From positions 1 through 40,679 of the IMG/VR virus record IMGVR_UViG_3300025375_000007: a stretch of DNA of 40,679 bases, one strand, 5' to 3'. Below the pieces are notes generated by a model, which was given only the letters and a program-made list of their open reading frames with translations, had not been told where the DNA came from and made no database searches. How positions within the stretch are numbered: the first letter of the stretch is position 1; each line of letters opens with the position of its first letter. A program made the translations under genes and the position numbers. Positions 1-8,579 of the stretch are shown here, one piece after another. The DNA is from a virus. Lineage: Duplodnaviria > Caudoviricetes.

Positions 1-1
1 A

Positions 2-169
2 GAAGAGACATTTTCATTACTAGATTTAGTAAAGATGGAAATCAATTCGCATAAGATACTAGGTACGGATACACTTGATAGAGATGATGCTAAGAAGTTT
101 GTGAAGCTAAAGAAGGTATTGACACAATGCTTAGACCATCTTAATCGTGAGATGTCGGAGGCTAAGTGA
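2..169 (+). CDS. 5'-truncated hypothetical protein
   Basis: Open frame from the window edge (EETFSLLDLVKMEIN...EMSEAK*); the stop overlaps the next GTG start. Confidence 0.55.
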   Translation, partial: EETFSLLDLVKMEINSHKILGTDTLDRDDAKKFVKLKKVLTQCLDHLNREMSEAK

Positions 170-282
170 GCTTTACCATCTATCAAGCAGACGGCTTAAA
201 AGTAATTCAATGGTTTAAGTCCGTTGATGAACTATTAGCCAGCATGTTCACACATCCCCATGACGCTTATCATAGGAACTAA
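166..282 (+). CDS. small hypothetical protein (38 aa)
   Basis: GTG start after GGAGG RBS, GTGA overlap; MSFTIYQADGLKVIQWFKSVDELL...; not in the ORF track. Confidence 0.6.
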   Translation: MSFTIYQADGLKVIQWFKSVDELLASMFTHPHDAYHRN

Positions 283-283
283 T

Positions 284-373
284 ATGAACAGAGAAGATAT
301 ATTATTGATTATATTCGCAGTATCCTCAGTAATAGATACTGTATTAAATATTTATAAGGAGTTAATAAAATGA
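284..373 (+). CDS. small membrane peptide (29 aa)
   Basis: AGGA RBS; MNREDILLIIFAVSSVIDTVLNIYKELIK; ATGA overlap with the next gene. Confidence 0.5.
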   Translation: MNREDILLIIFAVSSVIDTVLNIYKELIK

Positions 374-561
374 CAGACGCAGAGTTAATCGCTATACTAA
401 ACAGAGGTGGGATTGCTTCTACATTGTATGAAGGAGAAGTAGGAGAAACTAATATGCCTACTTGGAGAAAATTAGCTAAGGAGTTTAGAAACTATTATGA
501 GGTATATTATAACACACAATCTGATTCACGAGACTCTTTCCTTAATGGAGATAATGCCTGA
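370..561 (+). CDS. hypothetical protein
   Basis: AAGGAG RBS; tightly packed with neighbours. Confidence 0.7.
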   Translation: MTDAELIAILNRGGIASTLYEGEVGETNMPTWRKLAKEFRNYYEVYYNTQSDSRDSFLNGDNA

Positions 562-679
562 AGTTAATCGAGCTAATACTTATTCACCTGAGCAGATGGA
601 TTGTGAGTGGTTTCCTTGGGATTGTGACAATGTATCAGGAGAAGCTCTAGGAGGCGATGAAGAAGAAGATGAGGTGTAG
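554..679 (+). CDS. small acidic hypothetical protein
   Basis: GGAG RBS before ATG 554 (preferred over 497); MPEVNRANTYSPEQMDCEWFPWDCD...DEEEDEV. Confidence 0.55.
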   Translation: MPEVNRANTYSPEQMDCEWFPWDCDNVSGEALGGDEEEDEV

Positions 680-747
680 GTATCACCCAGCAGTAGAACG
701 AGTCTTAGAGACCCCTTTAAAGCCTTCTAAACAGCATTGGAGACCCT

Positions 748-957
748 ATGCGCTGTTATTGTTGTAACAACTTGTTGACTGACTATGAGTCAACGATTAA
801 GTCAGTAAACACTAACCAGTTTCTTGACATGTGTTTAACCTGTTTGAAAACTGTCAAGGATGATATACTTTATAAAGACAGAGTAGACTTACTAAGCAGT
901 AGTGATATAGACGATTTAGACATCTATCTAGATGACTTCTTAGATGATGAATACTAA
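748..957 (+). CDS. zinc-finger protein with acidic tail
   Basis: CYCC...CLTC motif, D-rich C-terminus, GGAG RBS, directly upstream of the primase. Confidence 0.75.
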   Translation: MRCYCCNNLLTDYESTIKSVNTNQFLDMCLTCLKTVKDDILYKDRVDLLSSSDIDDLDIYLDDFLDDEY

Positions 958-1038
958 TATGATAATATTCTTAATAGTAATAATCATCTTAGTAGTATGT
1001 ATTAAAGAAACAATAACTAAATAGAAACTAAATAGACT

Positions 1039-2610
1039 ATGAGTAATTTAATAAAACATATTCCCTGTGAAGCATGTGGTAGCTCAGATGGTAATTCACT
1101 CTGGGATGATAATCATCAGCATTGTTTTGTATGTCTTAATCATATTAAAGGCGATGAAGATTATGTTGCAACTCCGAGAAAGAAAGTTATGATTGAAGTC
1201 AAAGGTGAAGTCAAGTCGATACCTGACCGAGGGATTACTCAGGCAACGTGTCAGCACTATGGTGTGTCCCAAGACGGGACTAACCAGTACTATCCGTATG
1301 CGAATGAAGAAGGGGCTATCATCGCCTCAAAATCACGCAACGTAGGAACTAAGACTTTTGCCATTACTGGTGACTGGAAAACATCTACGCTCTTTGGTCA
1401 AAATATATTTGCTAAAGGTGGTAAGACTGTTACCATCCATGAAGGTGAGCTAGACGCATTAGCAGGCTTTCAGATGAGTGGTAGCAAGTACGCTAACGTC
1501 TCAGTACGCAACGGTGCTCAAGCAGCTCTAAAGGATGTTAAACAGGCTTATGAGTGGTTATCTTCATTCGAGAATATCTACCTATGCTTTGATGCGGATG
1601 AGGTCGGTCAGAAGGCTGTCAACGAAGTAGCTGAAGTGCTAGGTAATAAGTGCAAGATTGTTAAACATCTGAAGGGATTTAAAGATGCTTGTGACTACCT
1701 TAAGGCAGGAAAGACTGCAGACTACATCAAGCAATGGTGGGCAGCAGAGCAGTGGACACCTGATGGAATCATCGCAGGCTCTACGCTATGGGACGAAGTT
1801 AATCGACCTGTGGAGAAATCGTCAGCCATGTACCCTTGGCCTGGAGTCAATGAACTTACCTACGGTATCCGTCCAGCAGAACTTATCACAGTCACGGCAG
1901 GCTCAGGACTAGGCAAGTCTCAATTCTTACGTGAGATTCTATGGCACTTGATTAAGACTACCAACGACAATATCGGCTTAATGTTCATGGAGGAGTCAGT
2001 ACGTAAGACTGCTCGTGGTATTATGTCGCTCCATCTAAATAAACCACTACACTTACCTGACACTGAGGTTAGTCCTGAGGAGTTAAAGAATGCGTTTGAT
2101 ATTACACTTGGCACTGATAGGCTTTTCTTTTGGGATAACTTTGGTAGTACTGATATCGACAATGTGGTCAATCGTATACGCTATTTCGCCAAGGCAGCAG
2201 ACTGCCGTTACGTCTTTCTTGACCATATTAGCATGGTTGTATCCTCTCAGTCTAATGGTGATGAGCGTAAAGCTATCGATGAACTTATGACCAAGCTTCG
2301 TATGCTCGTGCAGGAGACTGGGGTTAGTTTGATTGTTGTCTCACACCTAAAGCGTCCTGAGTCTAAGGGACACGAAGAGGGTGCTGCAACGTCGCTGTCT
2401 CAACTCAGAGGCTCAGGTGCTATTGCTCAGCTTAGCGATATCGTGATTGGCCTTGTTAGAAATTCTCAGCATGAAGACCCGATGGAACGTAACACCACGA
2501 GGGTTAGTATTCTAAAGAATCGCTTCAGTGGGTTAACCAGTCCTCACTGTGCAAGCTTGCTCTACAACAAAGACACTGGTCGGATGTTAGAGATTCAGGA
2601 GACACTATGA
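1039..2610 (+). CDS. T7 gp4-like DNA primase-helicase
   Basis: Zn finger CEAC..HCFVC, TOPRIM EGELD/FDAD, Walker A AGSGLGKS, FLDHIS, LRGSGAIAQ, LKNRF. Confidence 0.97.
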   Translation: MSNLIKHIPCEACGSSDGNSLWDDNHQHCFVCLNHIKGDEDYVATPRKKVMIEVKGEVKSIPDRGITQATCQHYGVSQDGTNQYYPYANEEGAIIASKSRNVGTKTFAITGDWKTSTLFGQNIFAKGGKTVTIHEGELDALAGFQMSGSKYANVSVRNGAQAALKDVKQAYEWLSSFENIYLCFDADEVGQKAVNEVAEVLGNKCKIVKHLKGFKDACDYLKAGKTADYIKQWWAAEQWTPDGIIAGSTLWDEVNRPVEKSSAMYPWPGVNELTYGIRPAELITVTAGSGLGKSQFLREILWHLIKTTNDNIGLMFMEESVRKTARGIMSLHLNKPLHLPDTEVSPEELKNAFDITLGTDRLFFWDNFGSTDIDNVVNRIRYFAKAADCRYVFLDHISMVVSSQSNGDERKAIDELMTKLRMLVQETGVSLIVVSHLKRPESKGHEEGAATSLSQLRGSGAIAQLSDIVIGLVRNSQHEDPMERNTTRVSILKNRFSGLTSPHCASLLYNKDTGRMLEIQETL

Positions 2611-2804
2611 AGCTATATGAATTGAGTAAAGGTGATTGGTTTAAAATCACTGATGAAGAATTGAGAGTACCTCCAGCACATGACGATGTAGACCTTGATG
2701 ATACATATTGGTTTGGACACGTTGATGGAATGTATAGTTACTGCAAAGATAAAGACGGACAGTTATGTCACTTTGCAGCATGGACAGAAGTGGAGAAGGT
2801 ATGA
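2607..2804 (+). CDS. hypothetical protein
   Basis: AGGAG RBS; ATGA overlaps on both sides. Confidence 0.75.
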   Translation: MKLYELSKGDWFKITDEELRVPPAHDDVDLDDTYWFGHVDGMYSYCKDKDGQLCHFAAWTEVEKV

Positions 2805-3172
2805 TACCTGCTATGCGTAATGCGAATGCTTCTCATGTAGACTTTGGCTTCCTACGTGGAATGATACCGACTAACCCTAGCTTCATGCCATCTAACATCG
2901 ATATGATTATTGAACGTAGAGGTGAGTTTATCTTCGGTGAGTGGAAGCGTGAAGGTGAGAAGATGACGGTAGGGCAGAGGATTCTTCTCTTAGCCTTATC
3001 TAAGATGCACACAGTCCTGCTCATCACAGGCCATGTAGATGACGAGGCTCATGTGTCAAAGGTACAAGTTGTTACATGTAACGGTAAGCTAAACTTGATT
3101 GGTAATAGCAAAGAAGATTTGATTACTTACCTACAAGACTGGTATAACGCAGTGGAGAAACGGAAAAAATGA
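2801..3172 (+). CDS. PD-(D/E)XK nuclease-like protein (VRR-NUC-like)
   Basis: PSNIDMIIER...FGEWK...TVGQ pattern; start moved to ATG 2801 (overlap with the upstream stop). Confidence 0.65.
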   Translation: MIPAMRNANASHVDFGFLRGMIPTNPSFMPSNIDMIIERRGEFIFGEWKREGEKMTVGQRILLLALSKMHTVLLITGHVDDEAHVSKVQVVTCNGKLNLIGNSKEDLITYLQDWYNAVEKRKK

Positions 3173-3255
3173 TTGTTGTTCTTTTAATAGCTATTTTGGT
3201 AATAGTATTTTGTTACTTGTTATCTCATGCTGTTTCAGACTTTTGGAAAGAGTAA
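3169..3255 (+). CDS. small membrane peptide (28 aa)
   Basis: MIVVLLIAILVIVFCYLLSHAVSDFWKE; ATGA overlap. Confidence 0.5.
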   Translation: MIVVLLIAILVIVFCYLLSHAVSDFWKE

Positions 3256-3258
3256 ACT

Positions 3259-3381
3259 ATGAGAAGAGATGGAGGCAAAGGTGATAAACCTAGACCAGTG
3301 GAAGATAGGAAGAAGTTTGAGGAGAATTGGGATACTATTTTTAAGAAGAAAGAGAAGCCTACTCCTACTCCTCCTAAGTAG
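3259..3381 (+). CDS. small phage protein (GGKGxKPRP...NWDxIF type)
   Basis: MRRDGGKGDKPRPVEDRKKFEENWDTIFKKKEKPTPTPPK; resembles a microprotein type recurrent in aquatic phages. Confidence 0.65.
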   Translation: MRRDGGKGDKPRPVEDRKKFEENWDTIFKKKEKPTPTPPK

Positions 3382-3571
3382 TTCAGTTGTGTGGGTTGTT
3401 ATTATACATAGAGACGTACTGTATAATAGCCAGGTAGGAGACCCAAGATGCTTTGAGACTTTCCAGTATGAGGCGTTCTACTCTGTGAACCATGGAATAG
3501 AATATTGTTTTTATCGTAAGAGAGAATATCCCTATTCAATTAAGGGTGGGGTCATAGGAGTTAAGCCATGA
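3269..3571 (+). CDS. putative membrane-anchored hypothetical protein
   Basis: Basic stretch, hydrophobic segment, two Cys; ATGA overlap with the next gene; start uncertain. Confidence 0.55.
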   Translation: MEAKVINLDQWKIGRSLRRIGILFLRRKRSLLLLLLSSSVVWVVIIHRDVLYNSQVGDPRCFETFQYEAFYSVNHGIEYCFYRKREYPYSIKGGVIGVKP

Positions 3572-3696
3572 AGATAATTACTAGCGTATTTTTGTTTTGT
3601 CTAGTAACAGTAGCACAGGCACAGACTATTATTGTGCAGCCTGACGGCACAGTTATTACTTGTGTTGTAAACGGCTCTGTGGTACAGTGCTGGTAA
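3568..3696 (+). CDS. small secreted protein with signal peptide (42 aa)
   Basis: AGGAG RBS; MKIITSVFLFCLVTVAQA|QTYIVQPDGTVITCVVNGSVVQCW; TAATG overlap with the polymerase. Confidence 0.7.
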   Translation: MKIITSVFLFCLVTVAQAQTIIVQPDGTVITCVVNGSVVQCW

Positions 3697-5345
3697 TGAA
3701 GACTATTGTTCTCGATATTGAAACAACATTAGACCACAATACAATCTGGTGCTGTGTAACACTACATAGAGAAACTAATGACATCACTGTATGGCGTTCT
3801 GCACAAGGCTTAAAGGAATATTTAAATAATGCTACATTTATCATTTTCCATAATGGATTTGCTTTTGATGCTCCTTTGCTTAATCGTTTATGGGGAACAC
3901 AGATTAGGAAATCCCAATGCCAAGATACTCTTTTGCTTTCTCGTCTTTCTGATTCTTCTAGAGATGGCGGACATAGTTTAGATGCTTGGGGTAAGACACT
4001 GGGCTTTGAGAAGATTGACTTCTCAGACTATGATGGTGGCCTGACCGAAGAGATGGTAACGTATTGCATACGAGATGTAGAGCTTACGTCTAAAGTATTT
4101 GATGTGTTAGTAGCAGAGATACAAAAGAATAAGATAGGACCAGAGGCTGTAAAGCTGGAATATGAAGTGCAGGTGATTCTTTCGGAGATGGAACGCAATG
4201 GATTCAAACTTGACGCACCGTATGCACAGACGTTGCTCTGTGCGATTAAGACCGAGATGGCAGAGATTGAAGAAGCCTTACAGAAAATCTTCCCACCCAT
4301 TACAACTGAGCGTGTATCTGAGAAGACTGGTAAACGGCTCAAGGATGATGTTGAGGTGTTTAATGTTGGCTCAAGGCAACAGATATCGAAGCGTCTTATG
4401 TCTAAGGGTTGGGAACCTACAAAGACGACTGAAAAGGGACAAATTATCGTTGATGAGACAATCCTTAGTGAGGTATCACTTCCAGAGGCTAAGCCAATCG
4501 CTAGGTATTTGACACTACAAAAGAGAGCATCACAGTTAGATTCATGGTTAGAAAAACTAGGAGAGGATGGTAGAGTTCATGGTAAAGTCATTGGTTTTGG
4601 TGCTGTTACTGGTAGAGCTACTCACTCTAGCCCTAATATGGCACAAGTCCCTGCAACTAGGGCAGTGCTGGGAAAAGAGTTTCGGTCTTGCTGGACGGTT
4701 GAAAGCGGAAACGTATTGGTGGGTGTCGACCTTAGCGGTATTGAGCTTCGATGCTTTGCTCATTACCTTAATGATGAGGCATACATAAATGAAACAGTCT
4801 ACGGTGATGTCCACGAAAGAAATAAGCAAGCTTTCGGGGTTGAGACGAGAGACCTTGCGAAGACTGTCCTTTATGCGACTCTCTACGGAGCATCCCCAAC
4901 CAAGGTCGGTAAAGTTATTGGTGCTACTCCGAAACAAGGAGCCGACATCATTAATCGTTTCTGTAAAGCAGTACCTGCGTATGGGAAGCTTAAGTCAAAA
5001 GTTGAAAGACTTGCTGAGAAAGGAACACTACCTGGGCTTGGTGGTTATCAGCTTAAGGTCAGGTCGGCCCATTCGTCGCTTAACACGCTACTTCAAAGTG
5101 CAGGGGCTATCATCAGTAAGCAGTGGCTTGTTCAAATCAAGAAAAACCTTACAGCCAAAAGGATACCGTACAGAATGGTCGCATGGGTCCACGACGAGGT
5201 GCAAATCGAAACTCCTATGGAACACGGAGATATGGTAGGAGAAGTGGTCGTTCACTCAGCAGCAGAGGTAGCAGATATATTACAGTTCCGTTGCCCAATC
5301 GGGGCTGAATATCATGTTGGTAAAAATTGGGCAGAAGTTCACTAA
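3696..5345 (+). CDS. polA: DNA polymerase family A (T7 gp5-like) with 3'-5' exonuclease
   Basis: Exo LDIET/HNGFAFD/YCIRD; TGRATHSSPNMAQVP; motif A DLSGIELR; motif B RDLAKTVLYATLYG; motif C VHDE; start at MKTIVLD. Confidence 0.97.
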   Translation: MKTIVLDIETTLDHNTIWCCVTLHRETNDITVWRSAQGLKEYLNNATFIIFHNGFAFDAPLLNRLWGTQIRKSQCQDTLLLSRLSDSSRDGGHSLDAWGKTLGFEKIDFSDYDGGLTEEMVTYCIRDVELTSKVFDVLVAEIQKNKIGPEAVKLEYEVQVILSEMERNGFKLDAPYAQTLLCAIKTEMAEIEEALQKIFPPITTERVSEKTGKRLKDDVEVFNVGSRQQISKRLMSKGWEPTKTTEKGQIIVDETILSEVSLPEAKPIARYLTLQKRASQLDSWLEKLGEDGRVHGKVIGFGAVTGRATHSSPNMAQVPATRAVLGKEFRSCWTVESGNVLVGVDLSGIELRCFAHYLNDEAYINETVYGDVHERNKQAFGVETRDLAKTVLYATLYGASPTKVGKVIGATPKQGADIINRFCKAVPAYGKLKSKVERLAEKGTLPGLGGYQLKVRSAHSSLNTLLQSAGAIISKQWLVQIKKNLTAKRIPYRMVAWVHDEVQIETPMEHGDMVGEVVVHSAAEVADILQFRCPIGAEYHVGKNWAEVH

Positions 5346-5351
5346 GGAGAA

Positions 5352-5516
5352 ATGATGGAAAACATTAAATTAGATTTAACAGTTCAAGAAGTAAATGGTA
5401 TACTACAAGGACTAGGGCAGTTGCCTTTTGCCCAAGTAGAAGCCTTGATTAACAAGGTTCGTAGTCAGGCACAGGCTCAGTTGGCTGTGGTAACACCAGA
5501 AGTGACAGAGCAGTAA
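5352..5516 (+). CDS. small helical hypothetical protein (54 aa)
   Basis: AAGGAG RBS; MMENIKLDLTVQEVNGILQGLGQLPFAQVEALINKVRSQAQAQL... Confidence 0.8.
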   Translation: MMENIKLDLTVQEVNGILQGLGQLPFAQVEALINKVRSQAQAQLAVVTPEVTEQ

Positions 5517-5530
5517 TTTTGTGGTATAAT
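5502..5530 (+). promoter_or_regulatory. sigma70-type promoter upstream of the SSB gene
   Basis: GTGACA (5502-5507), 17 bp spacer, TATAAT (5525-5530) with extended TG. Confidence 0.7.
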
Positions 5531-5567
5531 AGTAACTCAACTAAACAGACTAAATAGGAGTAATACA

Positions 5568-5975
5568 ATGAGTACAGGTAAATCAGTAACAGTTAATGCA
5601 GACCTCTTTTGGGCTTGCCTCAATGAACGCAATTCAATGAGCAGTAAGTTTCAAGTAGACCTTTGCAACTTGTCAGAGAAAGATGTAGCAGCATTAGAAG
5701 AGCTAGGCTTGAAGGTTAACAACAAACCTAATAAACCAGAGCAAGGTAGTTACATCACTGCTAAGAGCAACTACGAAATCAAAGCAGTTGATGGTAGTGG
5801 TAACGATGTACCAACAGATGTGCGTATTGCCAACGGCAGTAAAGCTAAGGTAATCGTAAGTGCTTATCCTTTTCCTAAACCTTACCCAGGCTTCGGTGCA
5901 AGTATCAAGAAGCTTGTTGTAACAGACTTACAAGAATATAGTCCTAAAGATGCTTTGATGGACGACGTTCTGTAA
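5568..5975 (+). CDS. ssDNA-binding protein (T7 gp2.5-like)
   Basis: Lies between polymerase and exonuclease; KFQVDL...IANGSKAKV...KLVVTDLQEY pattern; short acidic C-terminus. Confidence 0.8.
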   Translation: MSTGKSVTVNADLFWACLNERNSMSSKFQVDLCNLSEKDVAALEELGLKVNNKPNKPEQGSYITAKSNYEIKAVDGSGNDVPTDVRIANGSKAKVIVSAYPFPKPYPGFGASIKKLVVTDLQEYSPKDALMDDVL

Positions 5976-6661
5976 TGTCACACGTCTTAATAGATGGAGA
6001 CATTATTGGATACCGCATAGGCTTCTCTACTGAAGAAGAGAATGAGAAGATTGTTATATCTCGTGTGGCTACATTTATTGAGACTATGCTCTGGGAGGAC
6101 CTCGAAGCTGAGACCTACCAGGGCTACTTAACTGGCAAGGATAACTTTAGAAATGACATCGCAAGAACTGCACCTTATAAGGGCAACCGCACTGCGCCTA
6201 AGCCTAAGCATCTCCAGCTTATTCGAGACTATCTTGAGTCGGCTTGGGACTTCCAAGTCTCCGTCGGGCAAGAAGCGGATGATTCGATTGCGATAGAGCA
6301 TGTAGCACGTAACTACGAAAGCATTATTGCTAGTATTGATAAAGACTTCCTACAGCTTCGTGGCAATCATTGGAACTTTGTCAAGAAAGAAATGACAGTA
6401 GTAACAGAAGAAGAAGCACTTTTAAACTTTTACTTACAGGTACTAACAGGTGACAGAGTTGATAACATCATTGGTCTCAAAGGCATCGGCCCTGTTAAGG
6501 CTAAACAAAGGCTTGAAGGATGTAAAAGTGCAGCAGAAATGTATACTGCTTGTGTCGAAGCTTACGGTGGCAATGCAGAACGAACAATCGAAAACTGCCA
6601 ATTGCTATGGCTTAGAAGAGAAACCAACCAGCTCTGGCAGCCTCCCACCGAAGGGCTATAA
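5975..6661 (+). CDS. 5'-3' exonuclease (T7 gp6-like)
   Basis: LIDGD, YKGNR, EADD, SIDKD, GDRVDNIIGLKGIGPVKA (H3TH motif). Confidence 0.93.
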   Translation: MSHVLIDGDIIGYRIGFSTEEENEKIVISRVATFIETMLWEDLEAETYQGYLTGKDNFRNDIARTAPYKGNRTAPKPKHLQLIRDYLESAWDFQVSVGQEADDSIAIEHVARNYESIIASIDKDFLQLRGNHWNFVKKEMTVVTEEEALLNFYLQVLTGDRVDNIIGLKGIGPVKAKQRLEGCKSAAEMYTACVEAYGGNAERTIENCQLLWLRRETNQLWQPPTEGL

Positions 6662-7339
6662 ATGATATTATTACTAAACAATCACGGACACTCTGACGAA
6701 AGGTTTAATGAATATGTTCAACGAGCTTCTCAGTTCTATGCTGAGCAATTATTCACTAAACAACTCCTCAGACATCTTGTTATTACTCTTAAGTTTAATA
6801 AGCATTTGGATGCTTTTGGATACAGTAGTATTGAGAAAAGGAACACCAAAGGTGCAGCAAGGGAATTCTTAATTGAACTCCATCCTTACATCAGTGGTGT
6901 AGAAATATTAAAAACACTTGCACACGAGTTTGTGCATATTAAACAGTATGTCGAGGGAGATTTAAATGACAGTCAAACGGAGTGGAAAAGTGAAGCCATT
7001 GACAGTGATGCAGTGGACTATTACTCACTGCCTTGGGAAATCGAAGCTTTCGGATTGGAAGTCGGACTATTCACTAACTTCGCTAAAAAAGAAGTTCTCT
7101 GGAATGTCTTCGAGGGTGTTAGGAATCCCGACGCAGTTGTGGAAGCGGAGCCAATAGGGTGGTTAAATGAAGACAAGCTCAGCAAAACAAAAAGGCCGAC
7201 TGTTGCAGCAGGTTACGAGAGACCTAATACTTCGCTCTTTCCCGATGTTGACGGAACGAGACGTAAAGAGCACAAGCATGGGAGCACAGGGAGAGGACGT
7301 TCAGTTATCGGAAGCTGGTTTAAAAAGATTTTTCTATAA
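6662..7339 (+). CDS. zinc metallopeptidase (HEXXH, SprT-like)
   Basis: TLAHEFVHIKQY and YYSLPWEIEAF motifs. Confidence 0.8.
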   Translation: MILLLNNHGHSDERFNEYVQRASQFYAEQLFTKQLLRHLVITLKFNKHLDAFGYSSIEKRNTKGAAREFLIELHPYISGVEILKTLAHEFVHIKQYVEGDLNDSQTEWKSEAIDSDAVDYYSLPWEIEAFGLEVGLFTNFAKKEVLWNVFEGVRNPDAVVEAEPIGWLNEDKLSKTKRPTVAAGYERPNTSLFPDVDGTRRKEHKHGSTGRGRSVIGSWFKKIFL

Positions 7340-7520
7340 CGTTGAGTGTAAGAATCTAGCCAAGATAGCAGTCTATAAGTTTTACGAGCAAGCAACAACC
7401 CATGGAGACGCAGAGCCTCTAGTGGTAATCAAACAGAACAGAAGCAAACCCTTAGCAATAGTAGATTTAGAACACTTCGTAAACCTAGTGAGGAAAGCAA
7501 ATGAGCAAAGACAGATTTGA
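7167..7520 (+). CDS. Holliday junction resolvase-like PD-(D/E)XK endonuclease
   Basis: SAKQKGR.LQ, SMGAQGEDV, VECKN, PLVVIKQNR motifs. Confidence 0.8.
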   Translation: MKTSSAKQKGRLLQQVTRDLILRSFPMLTERDVKSTSMGAQGEDVQLSEAGLKRFFYNVECKNLAKIAVYKFYEQATTHGDAEPLVVIKQNRSKPLAIVDLEHFVNLVRKANEQRQI

Positions 7521-7842
7521 TTTAGAAAATGACATTATGAATATCTGGGCTATTAAAGACCAAGTTTCAATGCTAAGATGGAGAATGTACGACCATCCTG
7601 AATTATTGTCCGAAGATGATGAACACAATTACATCATGGCTATTGAATACAATATTGATTTACATTGTTCAAAATTAATGGATACTTTCTGCCAAGTATT
7701 TGAACTTAACGAATACGCTAGTGCTGAAGTAAAAGAGATGAGAGCAGCTATCCTTCGTGGACATGAAGAACAAGCCGATAAAGAAGACCTACCAAGTTTC
7801 CCTGTTAAAAGCAAAAAAGCTAAAAAACATGGAAATAAATAA
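7501..7842 (+). CDS. hypothetical protein
   Basis: GAGG RBS; DRFDLE N-terminus; coupled to neighbours. Confidence 0.75.
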   Translation: MSKDRFDLENDIMNIWAIKDQVSMLRWRMYDHPELLSEDDEHNYIMAIEYNIDLHCSKLMDTFCQVFELNEYASAEVKEMRAAILRGHEEQADKEDLPSFPVKSKKAKKHGNK

Positions 7843-8579
7843 TGAAGATACTATTACTTGATATAGAGTCCTCACCTAACGTAGCACATGTCTGGGGCTT
7901 ATGGCAACAGAACGTTGGAATCAATCAACTAATGGAATCTTCGTATGTACTTTGCTGGGCTGCTAAGTGGCTTGGTGAAGATGAAATCATATTTGATTCT
8001 GTTCACCAGTCTAAACCAAAGAAGATGCTGAAAGGTATCTATGACTTACTCAATGCTGCAGATGCCGTCATTCATTATAATGGTACTAAGTTTGACATTC
8101 CTACTCTTAACAAGGAATTTCTCTTACATCATTATAGTCCGCCATCACCTTATAAACAGATTGACCTTTTACGTGTTGCTCGTAGCCAGTTCCGTTTTCC
8201 TAGCAACAAACTGGACTACGTTGCTCAGCGATTAGGTCTAGGAAAGAAACAAGAACACGAAGGACATGACCTTTGGGTCAAGTGCATGAATGGAGATAAA
8301 GATGCTTGGCAGCGTATGGAAACGTATAATATTCAAGATGTCGTTTTGCTTGAATCTCTGTATTGCCGTCTTCTTCCATGGATTAAATCTCATCCTAATA
8401 GTAATCTTTTTGCCGATAGTGCTGTGTGCCCCACCTGTGCTGGGACTAGACTTCAAAAGCGTGGTAATGCTGTCTCGTCTACTGGGACTTATCAACGATA
8501 TCAGTGCAGAGATTGCGGAAGCTGGTCTCAAGGTACTAAATCAATCAAGCCCTCCGTCGAGGTGAAGGGGCTATCATGA
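7842..8579 (+). CDS. DEDD/RNase H-like 3'-5' exonuclease with C-terminal Zn ribbon
   Basis: LDIES, HYNGTKFD, SNKLDY, YNIQDV; CPTC...CRDC. Confidence 0.88.
   Translation: MKILLLDIESSPNVAHVWGLWQQNVGINQLMESSYVLCWAAKWLGEDEIIFDSVHQSKPKKMLKGIYDLLNAADAVIHYNGTKFDIPTLNKEFLLHHYSPPSPYKQIDLLRVARSQFRFPSNKLDYVAQRLGLGKKQEHEGHDLWVKCMNGDKDAWQRMETYNIQDVVLLESLYCRLLPWIKSHPNSNLFADSAVCPTCAGTRLQKRGNAVSSTGTYQRYQCRDCGSWSQGTKSIKPSVEVKGLS

Noticed and set aside
959-1024. 21-aa hydrophobic ORF MIIFLIVIIILVVCIKETITK
   Set aside because: No RBS, and such peptides arise readily from AT-rich DNA, so it cannot be supported
3660-3695. Longer N-terminus of the DNA polymerase given in the ORF track
   Set aside because: It overlaps a well-formed signal-peptide gene; TAATG coupling and the exonuclease motif position favour ATG 3696
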